From Candidatus Latescibacterota bacterium (GTDB lineage Bacteria > Latescibacterota > UBA2968): a stretch of 64,000 nucleotides of DNA. The stretch is taken from contig OZ242311.1 of assembly GCA_965207885.1 (NCBI GenBank), positions 1,824,001-1,888,000 of the forward strand, in the 5' to 3' direction. A model generated the notes under the pieces. The model ran no database searches and had not been told where the DNA came from. It worked only from the letters and a program-made list of their open reading frames with translations. The translations under genes and the position numbers were made by a program. Positions 9,340 to 18,916 of the stretch are shown here, one piece after another (the first letter of the stretch is position 1; every line of letters begins with the position of its first letter).

Positions 9340-11745
9340 GTGGTACAATGCGGCAAATATTTTGTCATTGCTTTAAGGCGAACATTCAGAGATAAAACCT
9401 TCTCTTTGATCAATCTAATCGGGCTTTCTATTAGCATGGCAAGCGTAATACTCATTATGGTATTTATGTATAATGAGTTGACCTTTGACACCTTTCATAA
9501 AAACTCTGATCGCATATTCAGAGTGTTGAGAGAAACTGAATCTTTAGCAGGAGCACCTCAGGTTTCACCAGGGACCTCCGGTATGTTGGGGCAGAGTTTG
9601 GTGGCAGACATTCCTGAAATTGAGAAAGTGACTCGTTTTTTTAGAATGAGCCAAAACTGGGCAACCAACGAAGAGAAGGGATTTTTTGTAGCAGTTTGTG
9701 CTGTTGATCAAGAATTTTTGCAGATATTTTCTTTTCCTCTCAAAATTGGCGATCCAAAAACCGTTTTGAAAGACAAATTCTCTGTCGTTATTACGGAAAA
9801 AACTGCACAAAAGTTTTTCGCCAATGAAAACCCTATTGGTAAAACAATCTCTGTCGATGGCAGGTATTTTGGCGGAGATTATTTCGTATCTGGCGTTGTA
9901 AAAGATATACCTCGAAACTCCTCTTTGCATTTTGACATATTGACATCTACTGTTCACAATGAAATACCATTGACTGCCTGGGAGAGATGGCAACCAAATA
10001 CATCCTGGCGACCAATCCAGACATTTGTCATGTTGTCCGATGCAGCCTCTCCAAAAAACATAGATACCAAACTTCAGGACCTTTTAAATCGTTATATGGG
10101 ACCTGATGTAAGTGAACGCAATCGATATATTCTCCAACCCCTGGAAAGAATGTATTTATACTCTAACCTTGAATATGGAATTAGAGGTGGCGGGGACATT
10201 ACATACGTCTATATTTTTTCGGCAATCGCAATATTTATCGTACTTATTGCCAGCTTTAACTTTGTAAATCTATCTATAGCGCGATCTGCTGCCAGACTAA
10301 AAGAAATTGGCGTGAGGAAAACCGTCGGTGCCCATAAGAGTAGCCTTATTTTTCAGTTTATAGCCGAAGCTGTTTTTACGGCATTTTGTTCTTCACTTCT
10401 CGCCTTTAGTATTGTAGAAATCTCTCTTCCCTATCTGGATAGCTACATAAATCAAGAAGCCAAATTGGAATTCAGCGAACATCTGTTATTTGTTATAACA
10501 TTTCTTACAGCCCTTATTATCGGTACTATATCCGGACTATATCCGGCACTTTTCCTGGCATCTTTTCACCCCGCCCAAATACTAAGACGTGAACTCCAGT
10601 TTAATAACTCTGGAAAATGGCTGAGAAATGGCTCTTTAATTTTTCAATTTGCTGCTTCTGTCGTGCTTATCATCAGCACAATTGTTGTATATAAACAAAT
10701 GGCATTTATTCAAAACAAGGCGTTGGGATTTGATAAAGAGCATATTGTCGTATTACCTCTTTTTACGACTGACCGCTCTCTAAATGAGCGATATCGCGTT
10801 ATTAAGCAGGAATTTTTGAAACACCCCAATGTGATCTCTGCATCTGCATCCAATTCTACTATCGCCTGGTTTGGTGGCGCATTTCATACAGTCTATCCCG
10901 AAGGTTTTCAGGGTAACGAATGGCAGATGAGGATATTGGGCGTTGACGAAGACTTTATAGATCTGTATGGGATAACACTGTCAAAAGGCCGGAACTTTTC
11001 CGTGGATATTCCGGGTGATGCAACCGATGCTTATCTCTTAAATGAAACAGCAGTTGAGCAACTCGGGTGGCAAAATCCGATAGGAAAACAGTTCGAATGG
11101 GCATATTGGAAGCGTAAGGGCATTGTGATTGGTGTTGTTGAGGATTTTCATAACCGATCTCTCAAAGAACCCATCAGGCCAATTGCACTATGTATGTGGC
11201 AGCCCAAGTATAATCTTCTCTCTCTAAAAATTAGAGGTGAAAATATCAAAGATACAATGGCTTTTTTGGAGGATCAATGGAGTCGATTTATTCCTGACAA
11301 ACCATTCAAAGCCGCCTTTTTAGATGAACACCTGAACCAGCTATATCAAAATGACATTAATTTCGGGCGTATATTTGGCGTATTTGCATTGCTCGCCATT
11401 TTTATAGCCTGTTTGGGCATGTTGGGCATGGTATCTTATGCTTTAGAAAGAAGAACTAAAGAGATTGGAATTCGAAAAATTTTGGGCGCTTCAGCCTGGA
11501 ATATTATTGTCCTGATTTTCTCCGAGTTCTTCGGAATCCTTGTTGTTGCTAATTTATTTGCGTGGTTAATTGCATTTCTTTTGATGGATAATTGGTTGCT
11601 TTCATTTGCTTACAAGATCGAACTATCACCTCATACTTTTGCCCTGGGAACGCTATTTGCAATTGCAATTACTTTTGCAACTGTAGCCCGGCATTTGATA
11701 CAGGCCGCCTCAAAAAATCCCATTGACGAAATAAGGTATGAATAG
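9340..11745 (+). CDS. MacB/FtsX-type ABC permease, paralog 2
   Basis: Same motif set (KEIGVRK, LGFDKE, KEIGIRKILGA, IRYE); start codon uncertain (GTG 9340). Confidence 0.93.
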   Translation: MVQCGKYFVIALRRTFRDKTFSLINLIGLSISMASVILIMVFMYNELTFDTFHKNSDRIFRVLRETESLAGAPQVSPGTSGMLGQSLVADIPEIEKVTRFFRMSQNWATNEEKGFFVAVCAVDQEFLQIFSFPLKIGDPKTVLKDKFSVVITEKTAQKFFANENPIGKTISVDGRYFGGDYFVSGVVKDIPRNSSLHFDILTSTVHNEIPLTAWERWQPNTSWRPIQTFVMLSDAASPKNIDTKLQDLLNRYMGPDVSERNRYILQPLERMYLYSNLEYGIRGGGDITYVYIFSAIAIFIVLIASFNFVNLSIARSAARLKEIGVRKTVGAHKSSLIFQFIAEAVFTAFCSSLLAFSIVEISLPYLDSYINQEAKLEFSEHLLFVITFLTALIIGTISGLYPALFLASFHPAQILRRELQFNNSGKWLRNGSLIFQFAASVVLIISTIVVYKQMAFIQNKALGFDKEHIVVLPLFTTDRSLNERYRVIKQEFLKHPNVISASASNSTIAWFGGAFHTVYPEGFQGNEWQMRILGVDEDFIDLYGITLSKGRNFSVDIPGDATDAYLLNETAVEQLGWQNPIGKQFEWAYWKRKGIVIGVVEDFHNRSLKEPIRPIALCMWQPKYNLLSLKIRGENIKDTMAFLEDQWSRFIPDKPFKAAFLDEHLNQLYQNDINFGRIFGVFALLAIFIACLGMLGMVSYALERRTKEIGIRKILGASAWNIIVLIFSEFFGILVVANLFAWLIAFLLMDNWLLSFAYKIELSPHTFALGTLFAIAITFATVARHLIQAASKNPIDEIRYE

Positions 11746-12917
11746 ACCGGGAATCAGGGAAAACGACATAATGGGATTTTGACTGTACTTTTTCAAACAC
11801 AGAGGGCGCATTGATGTTCAAAAACTATCTCGTCATCACGATTCGCAATTTGCTCAAATACAAAATGTACTCAGCGATCAATGTTATCGGGCTGGGTATT
11901 GGCATTGGGTGTGTCATATTGATCGGTCTGTTTGTACAAAACGAGTTGGCTGTTAACACCCAACATCCCCATACAGATCGCTTATATCGGGTCATTGGTG
12001 AGTATCGATCAGAAAATGGTCAGAAAACATACGACTGGCGCATTTCGGGTGCTGTTGGTCCCACTCTGGCACGCGATTTCCCCGAAGTTGAAATCTCCAC
12101 ACGCACAATGCTTCGCCAGGCCTGGGTGCAGCATGAGGACAAAGTCTTGAATCGGGTATTTTGTCTCGCGGACCCGAATTGCCTGGATGTATTCAACTTT
12201 CCAATAATACAGGGTGACAAGTCTGCTCTTTTACAGCATAATTCTGTTTTTATCACCGAGTCTATGGTACGCGATTATTTTGGCGATCAAGACCCCATCG
12301 GCAAAGTGCTTACGGTCGAAGGGGCCTATATCGGGGGCGATTATACTGTCGCGGGTGTGCTTCAAGATTTGCCCAGGCGGTCTTCGATTCGTTTTGACAT
12401 GCTTTCAGCCTCTGTCAGGCCTGCTTTTCTGTCTCGATACTGGAATGCCTATTTGCCATTAGCACATTGGCGAGGCGGAATCACGGTCCACGTACGGTTA
12501 AAAGAAAACACGTCAGTTGAAAAATTGGCTTTAAAAATACCCGCGATGGTGGAACAGTATATGGGACCGGAAATGGTAGCACGCACGACGTATCACTTCC
12601 AGCCCATGGATGAAGTGCATTTGTACTCGCGACGCGATTATGGACTGCAAGACGTATTCGACCTTGAAGGGCCAGTGACGTATGGCAATATTGCACATGT
12701 TTATGCTGCATCCGCTACAGCCATTCTCATCTTTTTAATTGCAAGCATCAACTTCATCAATTTGACCACAGCCCGATCAGCTAACCGGGCACGCGAGGTG
12801 GGATTGCGAAAAGTGGTCGGCGCGCATCGAGGGCAACTCGCTTTGCAATTTTTGGCCGAGTCGGTGATTTTCTCTGTATTGAGTTTGATTGTGGGGTTAG
12901 TTTTTGTTTCTGATTTC

Positions 12918-14115
12918 CATGGTACACGACAAAACTTAAATTGTTTTAAACAGTGGCGGATTACTCAGTAAACGAATGCATATGAGGAACTGTTGGGTTT
13001 GTTGGTTTATATTGAGCAGGACATACTGCAAATAGTCCAACCCATATCGGAAGAGACTTTTCTCCATCCGCCCGTGATTTTTGATCGTCAAAGGATTTGT
13101 TTTTGCTATCCATTCGCCGATGATATGCGCCCAGATGCAGGCAATGGCCAAAAGCGCGATGAGTTTCTCAATGCGGTCTTGATGTATAAGATGGGTCTCT
13201 TCCAGATTAAATCCTCGACTTTTAAGATTGGCAAAAAGGACTTCAATGCCCCATCGTTTTTTATAGGTATCCAATGCGGCTTGACCTTTTTGGTTGCTGG
13301 CAAGAATGAGGTATTGGTCCTTCAATCTTAGTGCAGACAGATATACAGGCAGGTCATAAACGCGGTGGCGTTTGCACAAGTTGACCTGCTGATGGATATT
13401 AAGATTTTCAAACCGTTTTCTTATGGGGATCTCTCTACCGCCTGATGAGACAAGAGCGTTTTCCTTGATGCGAATAACAAAGGGTATATTTTGTGTGTCT
13501 AACCACCTAAACCATTCTCTTCCAATAAATTCTCTGTCTGCGACGACAACGCGGATATGCGATTTGCAGATGCAGTTGAGCATTTCTTGCATCAAATGGA
13601 TACGCTCATCACTATTGGAATTGCCCCGTTTTTTTAACAAGTGCCAACAGATAGGAAAGGCGACCCCTTCATAGATAATGCCTGCGGTTAGGATGTTGAT
13701 ATTGAATTTTCCCAACTTCCAATTGGTGCGATCTATTGAGACTATAAAATCCGACTTTATAGGTAATAAGTGCAAGATCAATTGTCTCACACACGCATAG
13801 GGTAAGGCAAAGTGGGCAAAGAAGCGTTGGATACGACGATAATTAGATTTCTGCTTGACGGTTCCATTGAGTGCGTTTGCCAGTTTCATAAAATTGACGC
13901 TACGCAATTTTATCAGCGACAATATGAACGCAGCGGTAAACGTTATTCGGGCTTTATGCCAGTGAAAATATCCTTGCATAATCGTTTGAAGTTCAATAGT
14001 TTCAGGAGACATAGACCTGTGCCTTGTTAAGATGAGAAAGGTTTGTCTTGGGACATTCAAACCTAACTCTTTTTAGCTTTTTTCACAGGTCTTTTATTTT
14101 TTGTCGTGTACTATG
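12918..14115 (-). mobile_element. IS4-family insertion sequence (1198 bp)
   Basis: Terminal inverted repeats catggtacacgacaaaa / ttttgtcgtgtactatg (16/17 match); 9-bp target duplication tctgatttc at 12909-12917 and 14116-14124. Confidence 0.95.
12936..14012 (-). CDS. IS4-family DDE transposase
   Basis: IDRTNW, ADREF and YKKRWGIEVLFANLK (Y-2-R-3-E-6-K signature). Confidence 0.93.
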   Translation of the reverse strand: MSPETIELQTIMQGYFHWHKARITFTAAFILSLIKLRSVNFMKLANALNGTVKQKSNYRRIQRFFAHFALPYACVRQLILHLLPIKSDFIVSIDRTNWKLGKFNINILTAGIIYEGVAFPICWHLLKKRGNSNSDERIHLMQEMLNCICKSHIRVVVADREFIGREWFRWLDTQNIPFVIRIKENALVSSGGREIPIRKRFENLNIHQQVNLCKRHRVYDLPVYLSALRLKDQYLILASNQKGQAALDTYKKRWGIEVLFANLKSRGFNLEETHLIHQDRIEKLIALLAIACIWAHIIGEWIAKTNPLTIKNHGRMEKSLFRYGLDYLQYVLLNINQQTQQFLICIRLLSNPPLFKTI

Positions 14116-15544
14116 TCTGATTTCTTACCACATTTCAACGACTATACGGGTAATTCTTTAACATTGGATATCACGGGCAATATGGCACTTGCTCTGGTTG
14201 GATTATCTCTGATAACAGGGCTTCTTACGGGGATTTATCCCGCATTTCTTTTATCGCGGTTTCGGCCTGTTGAAGTGCTCAAAGGCACACTCGCAGCAGG
14301 TGCCCGCGGTGGATTATTGCGCAAAGTGCTGGTGATTTTCCAGTTTAGCACATCTATTGCACTAATTGTAATCACATTGGTTGTGTTTAATCAAATGTCG
14401 TATATCCAAAACAAAGATCTGGGATTTGACAAAGAGTACGTCGTTGAGTCTCGTCTCTTGTGGGAATCTCGCAATTCTCGTTTGTATGAAGATCGCTTGT
14501 GGGAGCGGTACAATGTTGTCAAAGATGCGTTTTTGCAGCATCCCAATATTACGGCTGCAACAATTTCGCGTTCTTCACACGGACGCACTGCGCCGCAAGC
14601 GACTTTTAGTGCTTATGAACCGGGCAAAGAAGAATTGCGTATGGGCAGAAATGAAGTGGATGAAGATTTTCTGAGTTTCTTCAATATTGAACTTATTGCG
14701 GGTCGAGACTTTTCAGAAGACGCAGCGAAAAGGTATGATTCGGAATCATTTGTGCCCCGAGATCAGTTGGATCAATTGAAAGTTCACGGTCAGACAGAAT
14801 ACATTCTCAATGAAACCGCTGTTAAAATGCTGGGTTGGACAGACCCCATTGGCAAACCATTTGGTGTGAAAGGACGAAGACCGGGGTGTGTTGTAGGCGT
14901 GGTTAAAGATTTTCACTCGCGCACATTGCACGAGCCACTGGGCCCTATGGTTTTATATGCGAACAACGCGGTACCCAAGACACTCTACTTGAAGGTAAGC
15001 CCTCATAATTTCGATGAAACCGTTGCACACATGGAAAAAGTATGGAAACATTTTTTGCCGATTCGCCCTTTTGCTTACACGTTTATGGATGACAATCTGA
15101 ATCAGCGATATACACAGGAGCGACAGTTGAGCCAAACGATGAGCGTTTTTGCTGCTCTGGCTATTTTCGTTGCCTGTCTGGGCCTATTGGGGCTGGTCTC
15201 ATTTTTGACCGAACAGCGCAAAAAGGAAGTGGGTATTCGCAAGGTGTTGGGTGCATCTGCAGGTCTTGTTGTAGGGCTGTTCTTGAAAGAGTTTATTCGC
15301 CTGGTATTGATATCCTGTTTATTGGCATGGCCGATTGCCTATTGGGCAACCAATGAATGGTTACAGCATTTTGCCTATCGCATTGAGATTTCGGCACTGC
15401 CGTTTTTAGTAGGTGGTGTGTGTATGGTTGTCCTGACAACAATAACAGTAGCGTATAAGGTGATCAAAACAGCCCAGGCAAATCCAATAGAAGCCTTGCG
15501 GCATGAATGATTATAAAACAGTCTGGTATAACCGTGAGGGCATC

Positions 15545-16360
15545 CTAATCACCCACCTCTGAAGACCGCACATACAACGCCTCAAAGCGATCCTTCGCCT
15601 CCCACCCCAACAACCGCTTCGCCTTATCGGGCCGATACTTATCGTGCGGCAGCCGCGCACAAATAAAAAAATTCTCATAAGGCGACGGCATCTCGGGCGC
15701 TCGCAGCCCGCACAAAAACGCTGCGCCAGTATCCTCCCACGACGTCGTATAGGGATGTGCGCCGCGCCCATATTCTTCGGGCAACACCTCGCCTGGACGA
15801 AACTGCGTATAAACATAAGCAAGCACCTCCAGGCCCTCGCGCTCGGCAAAAACGCGCGTCACATGCCCGCCCAGATACTTGGTCAGCGCGTAGAGATCAT
15901 CGCCAGGATGCAGCGGGATATCGGCATCCAACTGAAAATCGTTCCAATAATCGGCATTGTGATCCAGCGAAGTATGAAAAGGGCCCGTGTGGATCAGCCG
16001 CTTAATCCCACATGCCACACAGGCTTTAGCCACATTGTAAGCACCCACCATATTCACCTGAAAAGCCAGCACCGGATGCGGTCGAATCACAGACACATTG
16101 ACCGCCGCATCCATACCCTCGCACGCGGCCAGCACCTGCTCGTAATCCGTAATATCCACAACCCGATTCTCGTGCGGCGGACCCAACACCTCTGGAATCG
16201 GCGCCCGGGGACTCTGCGGCGGCGAAACCGCGATCTCTGTCATAGACCGAAGATCGGTCACCCGCAAAGTATAATGGTCTTTAAGCGCAGAAATCGCCGC
16301 TGCACCCACCGGACCACCAGCCCCAAACAACACCACATTCCCCTCATTTACAGTCGCCAT
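15545..16360 (-). CDS. NAD-dependent epimerase/dehydratase (uronate dehydrogenase-like SDR)
   Basis: GAGGPVG Rossmann motif, YALTK catalytic YxxxK. Confidence 0.85.
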   Translation of the reverse strand: MATVNEGNVVLFGAGGPVGAAAISALKDHYTLRVTDLRSMTEIAVSPPQSPRAPIPEVLGPPHENRVVDITDYEQVLAACEGMDAAVNVSVIRPHPVLAFQVNMVGAYNVAKACVACGIKRLIHTGPFHTSLDHNADYWNDFQLDADIPLHPGDDLYALTKYLGGHVTRVFAEREGLEVLAYVYTQFRPGEVLPEEYGRGAHPYTTSWEDTGAAFLCGLRAPEMPSPYENFFICARLPHDKYRPDKAKRLLGWEAKDRFEALYVRSSEVGD

Positions 16361-16371
16361 AACATTTCCCC

Positions 16372-16971
16372 TCAAGCAAAACGCCCACTCGACGCCACAT
16401 GCGACAGCGACCAGTGGTGCCCCTCGCGCTCGGCTATAAGCGCATCGCGCACAGCCGTCACCGCATCCTCCGCCATAGTCTCCACACCCGGCGCACCAAG
16501 GCGCAAACAACGCACCTCAATCTGGCCCGTACGCGCAATCTCCCGCCCCACCAGCTCAGCCATAAACGGTGCCAGTGCCTCAGCCTCTGCTCGCGGTATC
16601 GCATTCCACCGCGGATCAACGATATATTCCTCCGGATAATCCCGCACCAAATCCAGACAACTCAACAACACCACCTTCTCAATACCGGCGGCACAGGCAG
16701 CCGTCAGCGCCACATAAGTCCCCCGCGCCGCTACGTCGAGCAAAACCTGCTCGCTATCCCCTATTGGATCGCTGGCCGCCGCGTACACAACAGCCTCTAC
16801 GCCCGCCAGCACCGGATCTACCGATTCTCGCTGGAGCAAATCAACCTGTCGGTACCCGGCAAAATCACGGGCATCTTCCGAACCGATCGCCACCACCTCA
16901 AACCCCGCGCCCAACCCCGTCGCCAGCAGCGCACCCCAGGGACGATCCGCGCCAATCACTGCCACATTCAT
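16372..16971 (-). CDS. Short, degenerate NAD(P)-binding SDR-like protein
   Basis: VAVIGAD start, GTY..L.AAC.AGIEKVVLLS, CLRLG; no YxxxK. Confidence 0.65.
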   Translation of the reverse strand: MNVAVIGADRPWGALLATGLGAGFEVVAIGSEDARDFAGYRQVDLLQRESVDPVLAGVEAVVYAAASDPIGDSEQVLLDVAARGTYVALTAACAAGIEKVVLLSCLDLVRDYPEEYIVDPRWNAIPRAEAEALAPFMAELVGREIARTGQIEVRCLRLGAPGVETMAEDAVTAVRDALIAEREGHHWSLSHVASSGRFA

Positions 16972-17050
16972 AAGTATCTCCTCCTCAATTATTCTGCAAT
17001 ATACGCGATACGCTCCAAGGAACGCAACCTTCAAAAAGCGCGAACATCTA

Positions 17051-17074
17051 TTTGACTTGCACCTGCATGTCAAA
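17051..17074. promoter_or_regulatory. 24-bp imperfect palindrome in divergent intergenic region (operator candidate)
   Basis: tttgacttgca-cc-tgcatgtcaaa, 10/11 arm match. Confidence 0.5.
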
Positions 17075-17139
17075 GGCTATATTTTGCCATCAATTGAACT
17101 GCATCACCCACCTGCTATTCTTTCAAGGAGAACCCTGAC

Positions 17140-18885
17140 ATGGACCGCGAATCTATGGCCAATGAAGAGAATTACTTCTTTGACACCGAAGGCTATATCA
17201 TCGTCCCCGGTGCCCTCACCCCGAAAGAAGTCGATACCCTCAACAACACCCTCGACGACGCCGGACCCACCGATAATCTCTTGACACTATCCGCCCCCCT
17301 GCGGGAACCCTTCCGCGACCTTCTGGTCCATCCCGTCCTGGTCTGGTACCTCAACCAGATCTGTGGCCACGGCTTTCGCCTGGACAGAGCACCTCGCCTG
17401 ATCGGAGAAGCCACTGGCGACGATCCCAACGCCCCGCTACAGGGCAACAACGAACCCAGAGACACGGCCCGGGCCTACTACTTCCAAAACAACTACCACG
17501 TCTGCCACGGCGTGCGCGTCATCTGGGCACTCTGCGATGTCAACGCGGACGACGGCGGCGTGGTCCTGGTTCCAGCCAGCCACAAAAGCAATGTAGAAGC
17601 GCCCGAAGACCTCCTCACAGGCGCAGACGACATGGACCTGGTCGAACAACCCGTACTCAAAGCTGGCGACCTGCTCATCATTGGCGGAACCACCCTTCAG
17701 GGCCTCCGCCCCTGGAAAGGGCGCAATCCACAGCGCCTCATCGCCTGCGAATATGCCAACCGCGCTGTCCTGCAATCCAACGGATCAGGAGCAAAAATAG
17801 AACCCAGACCGGAATGGATGGCCAATCTGCCACCCGAACACCTGGCCGTCCTCTCCAACCCCGGATACAAAGACACCACCGACCCGCCGCCAACCCTCAA
17901 TACCGATGGCAAAAAGACCTGGCTGGAAAAATCGCCGGACATTATCCACCCCTCGTTTTACAAATCCGACCCCGACGCTGGCATTGACCACAAAGAACTC
18001 TACTTCTGGGATCTCACCGGCTACCTCATCGTGCGCAATGTCATGGACGAAGAATGGCTGGAACGGGCCAACGAAGCCATCGACAAATTCTCTGATCGCA
18101 TTGTCGTGGGCGAAGAACTCGCCCGGGGATCCAAAAGCCTCCGGGGCACCGGACGCCCCACGCTCAGCGGCCTTCTCCACCTGCCCGAACCCTATTGCGA
18201 ACCCTTCCGCAAAATGCTCATCCACCCGGCCGTCATCGGCCGCCTCAACTGGATGATGGGCAGCGGATACCGGTGCAACGGGGCCACCGCCTTCTGTTCG
18301 GTCAAAGGCTCTACCGGGCACTCCCTCCACGGCGGCAATGAACCCCTCATACCCTCCCGAAGCTATGTCTTCCAGAACGGCCGCAGCCATGCCGAATTTG
18401 TCCGCGCTGTCTGGCAATTGCACGACACAACCCCTGGCGGTGGTGGGTTCGTCTGCGTCCCGGGAAGCCACAAAGCCTATTATCGCATGCCCGAAGGCAT
18501 CCGCACCAGCGACGACGACATGGGCGCCATCCGCCAACCCGTCCCAAAAGCTGGCGACATCCTCTTCTTTATGGACACCGTCCTCACCCACGGGGCCTGG
18601 CCCTGGAAATCCGACATCAGCCGCCGGTCCATCTTCTTCAGTTACTATTCCCGCCACCACTCCTACCGCGGCGGCGTCATCGAACCCGAAGACCGCTGGG
18701 GAGAAGATATAGTCGAAGGCATGACAGAAGCCCAATTTGCCGTCATGCGCGGTTCCACCCGTGATGCCAGGAGCAGAAACACGCCGCGCCTCGTTGTAGA
18801 AAACGGCCAGCTAAGTGTCTCCTACGACGCCAGGGGAGACCGTTATGAATACCCGGTGCGAAAACCGGGCGACAATAGAAAATAA
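17140..18885 (+). CDS. Tandem two-domain PhyH-family Fe/2OG enzyme
   Basis: Two repeats of F...GY.IV, HP.L, GG...VP.SHK, KAGD; only domain 2 has His ligands (LHGG, THG). Confidence 0.88.
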   Translation: MDRESMANEENYFFDTEGYIIVPGALTPKEVDTLNNTLDDAGPTDNLLTLSAPLREPFRDLLVHPVLVWYLNQICGHGFRLDRAPRLIGEATGDDPNAPLQGNNEPRDTARAYYFQNNYHVCHGVRVIWALCDVNADDGGVVLVPASHKSNVEAPEDLLTGADDMDLVEQPVLKAGDLLIIGGTTLQGLRPWKGRNPQRLIACEYANRAVLQSNGSGAKIEPRPEWMANLPPEHLAVLSNPGYKDTTDPPPTLNTDGKKTWLEKSPDIIHPSFYKSDPDAGIDHKELYFWDLTGYLIVRNVMDEEWLERANEAIDKFSDRIVVGEELARGSKSLRGTGRPTLSGLLHLPEPYCEPFRKMLIHPAVIGRLNWMMGSGYRCNGATAFCSVKGSTGHSLHGGNEPLIPSRSYVFQNGRSHAEFVRAVWQLHDTTPGGGGFVCVPGSHKAYYRMPEGIRTSDDDMGAIRQPVPKAGDILFFMDTVLTHGAWPWKSDISRRSIFFSYYSRHHSYRGGVIEPEDRWGEDIVEGMTEAQFAVMRGSTRDARSRNTPRLVVENGQLSVSYDARGDRYEYPVRKPGDNRK

Positions 18886-18916
18886 ATACACGCGACACAT
18901 CCCAGAGGACCCCGCC

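Larger units (their letters stand above)
11811..15510 (+). pseudogene. MacB/FtsX-type ABC permease, paralog 3, interrupted by IS
   Basis: Removing 12918-14124 rejoins ...GLVFVSDF to LPHFNDY... in frame, giving about 830 aa. Confidence 0.93.

Noticed and set aside
9331-9395. Possible 5' frameshift in permease 2 (SD-associated ATG at 9348 is out of frame)
   Set aside because: In-frame GTG at 9340 gives a complete protein; cannot be resolved from sequence alone.
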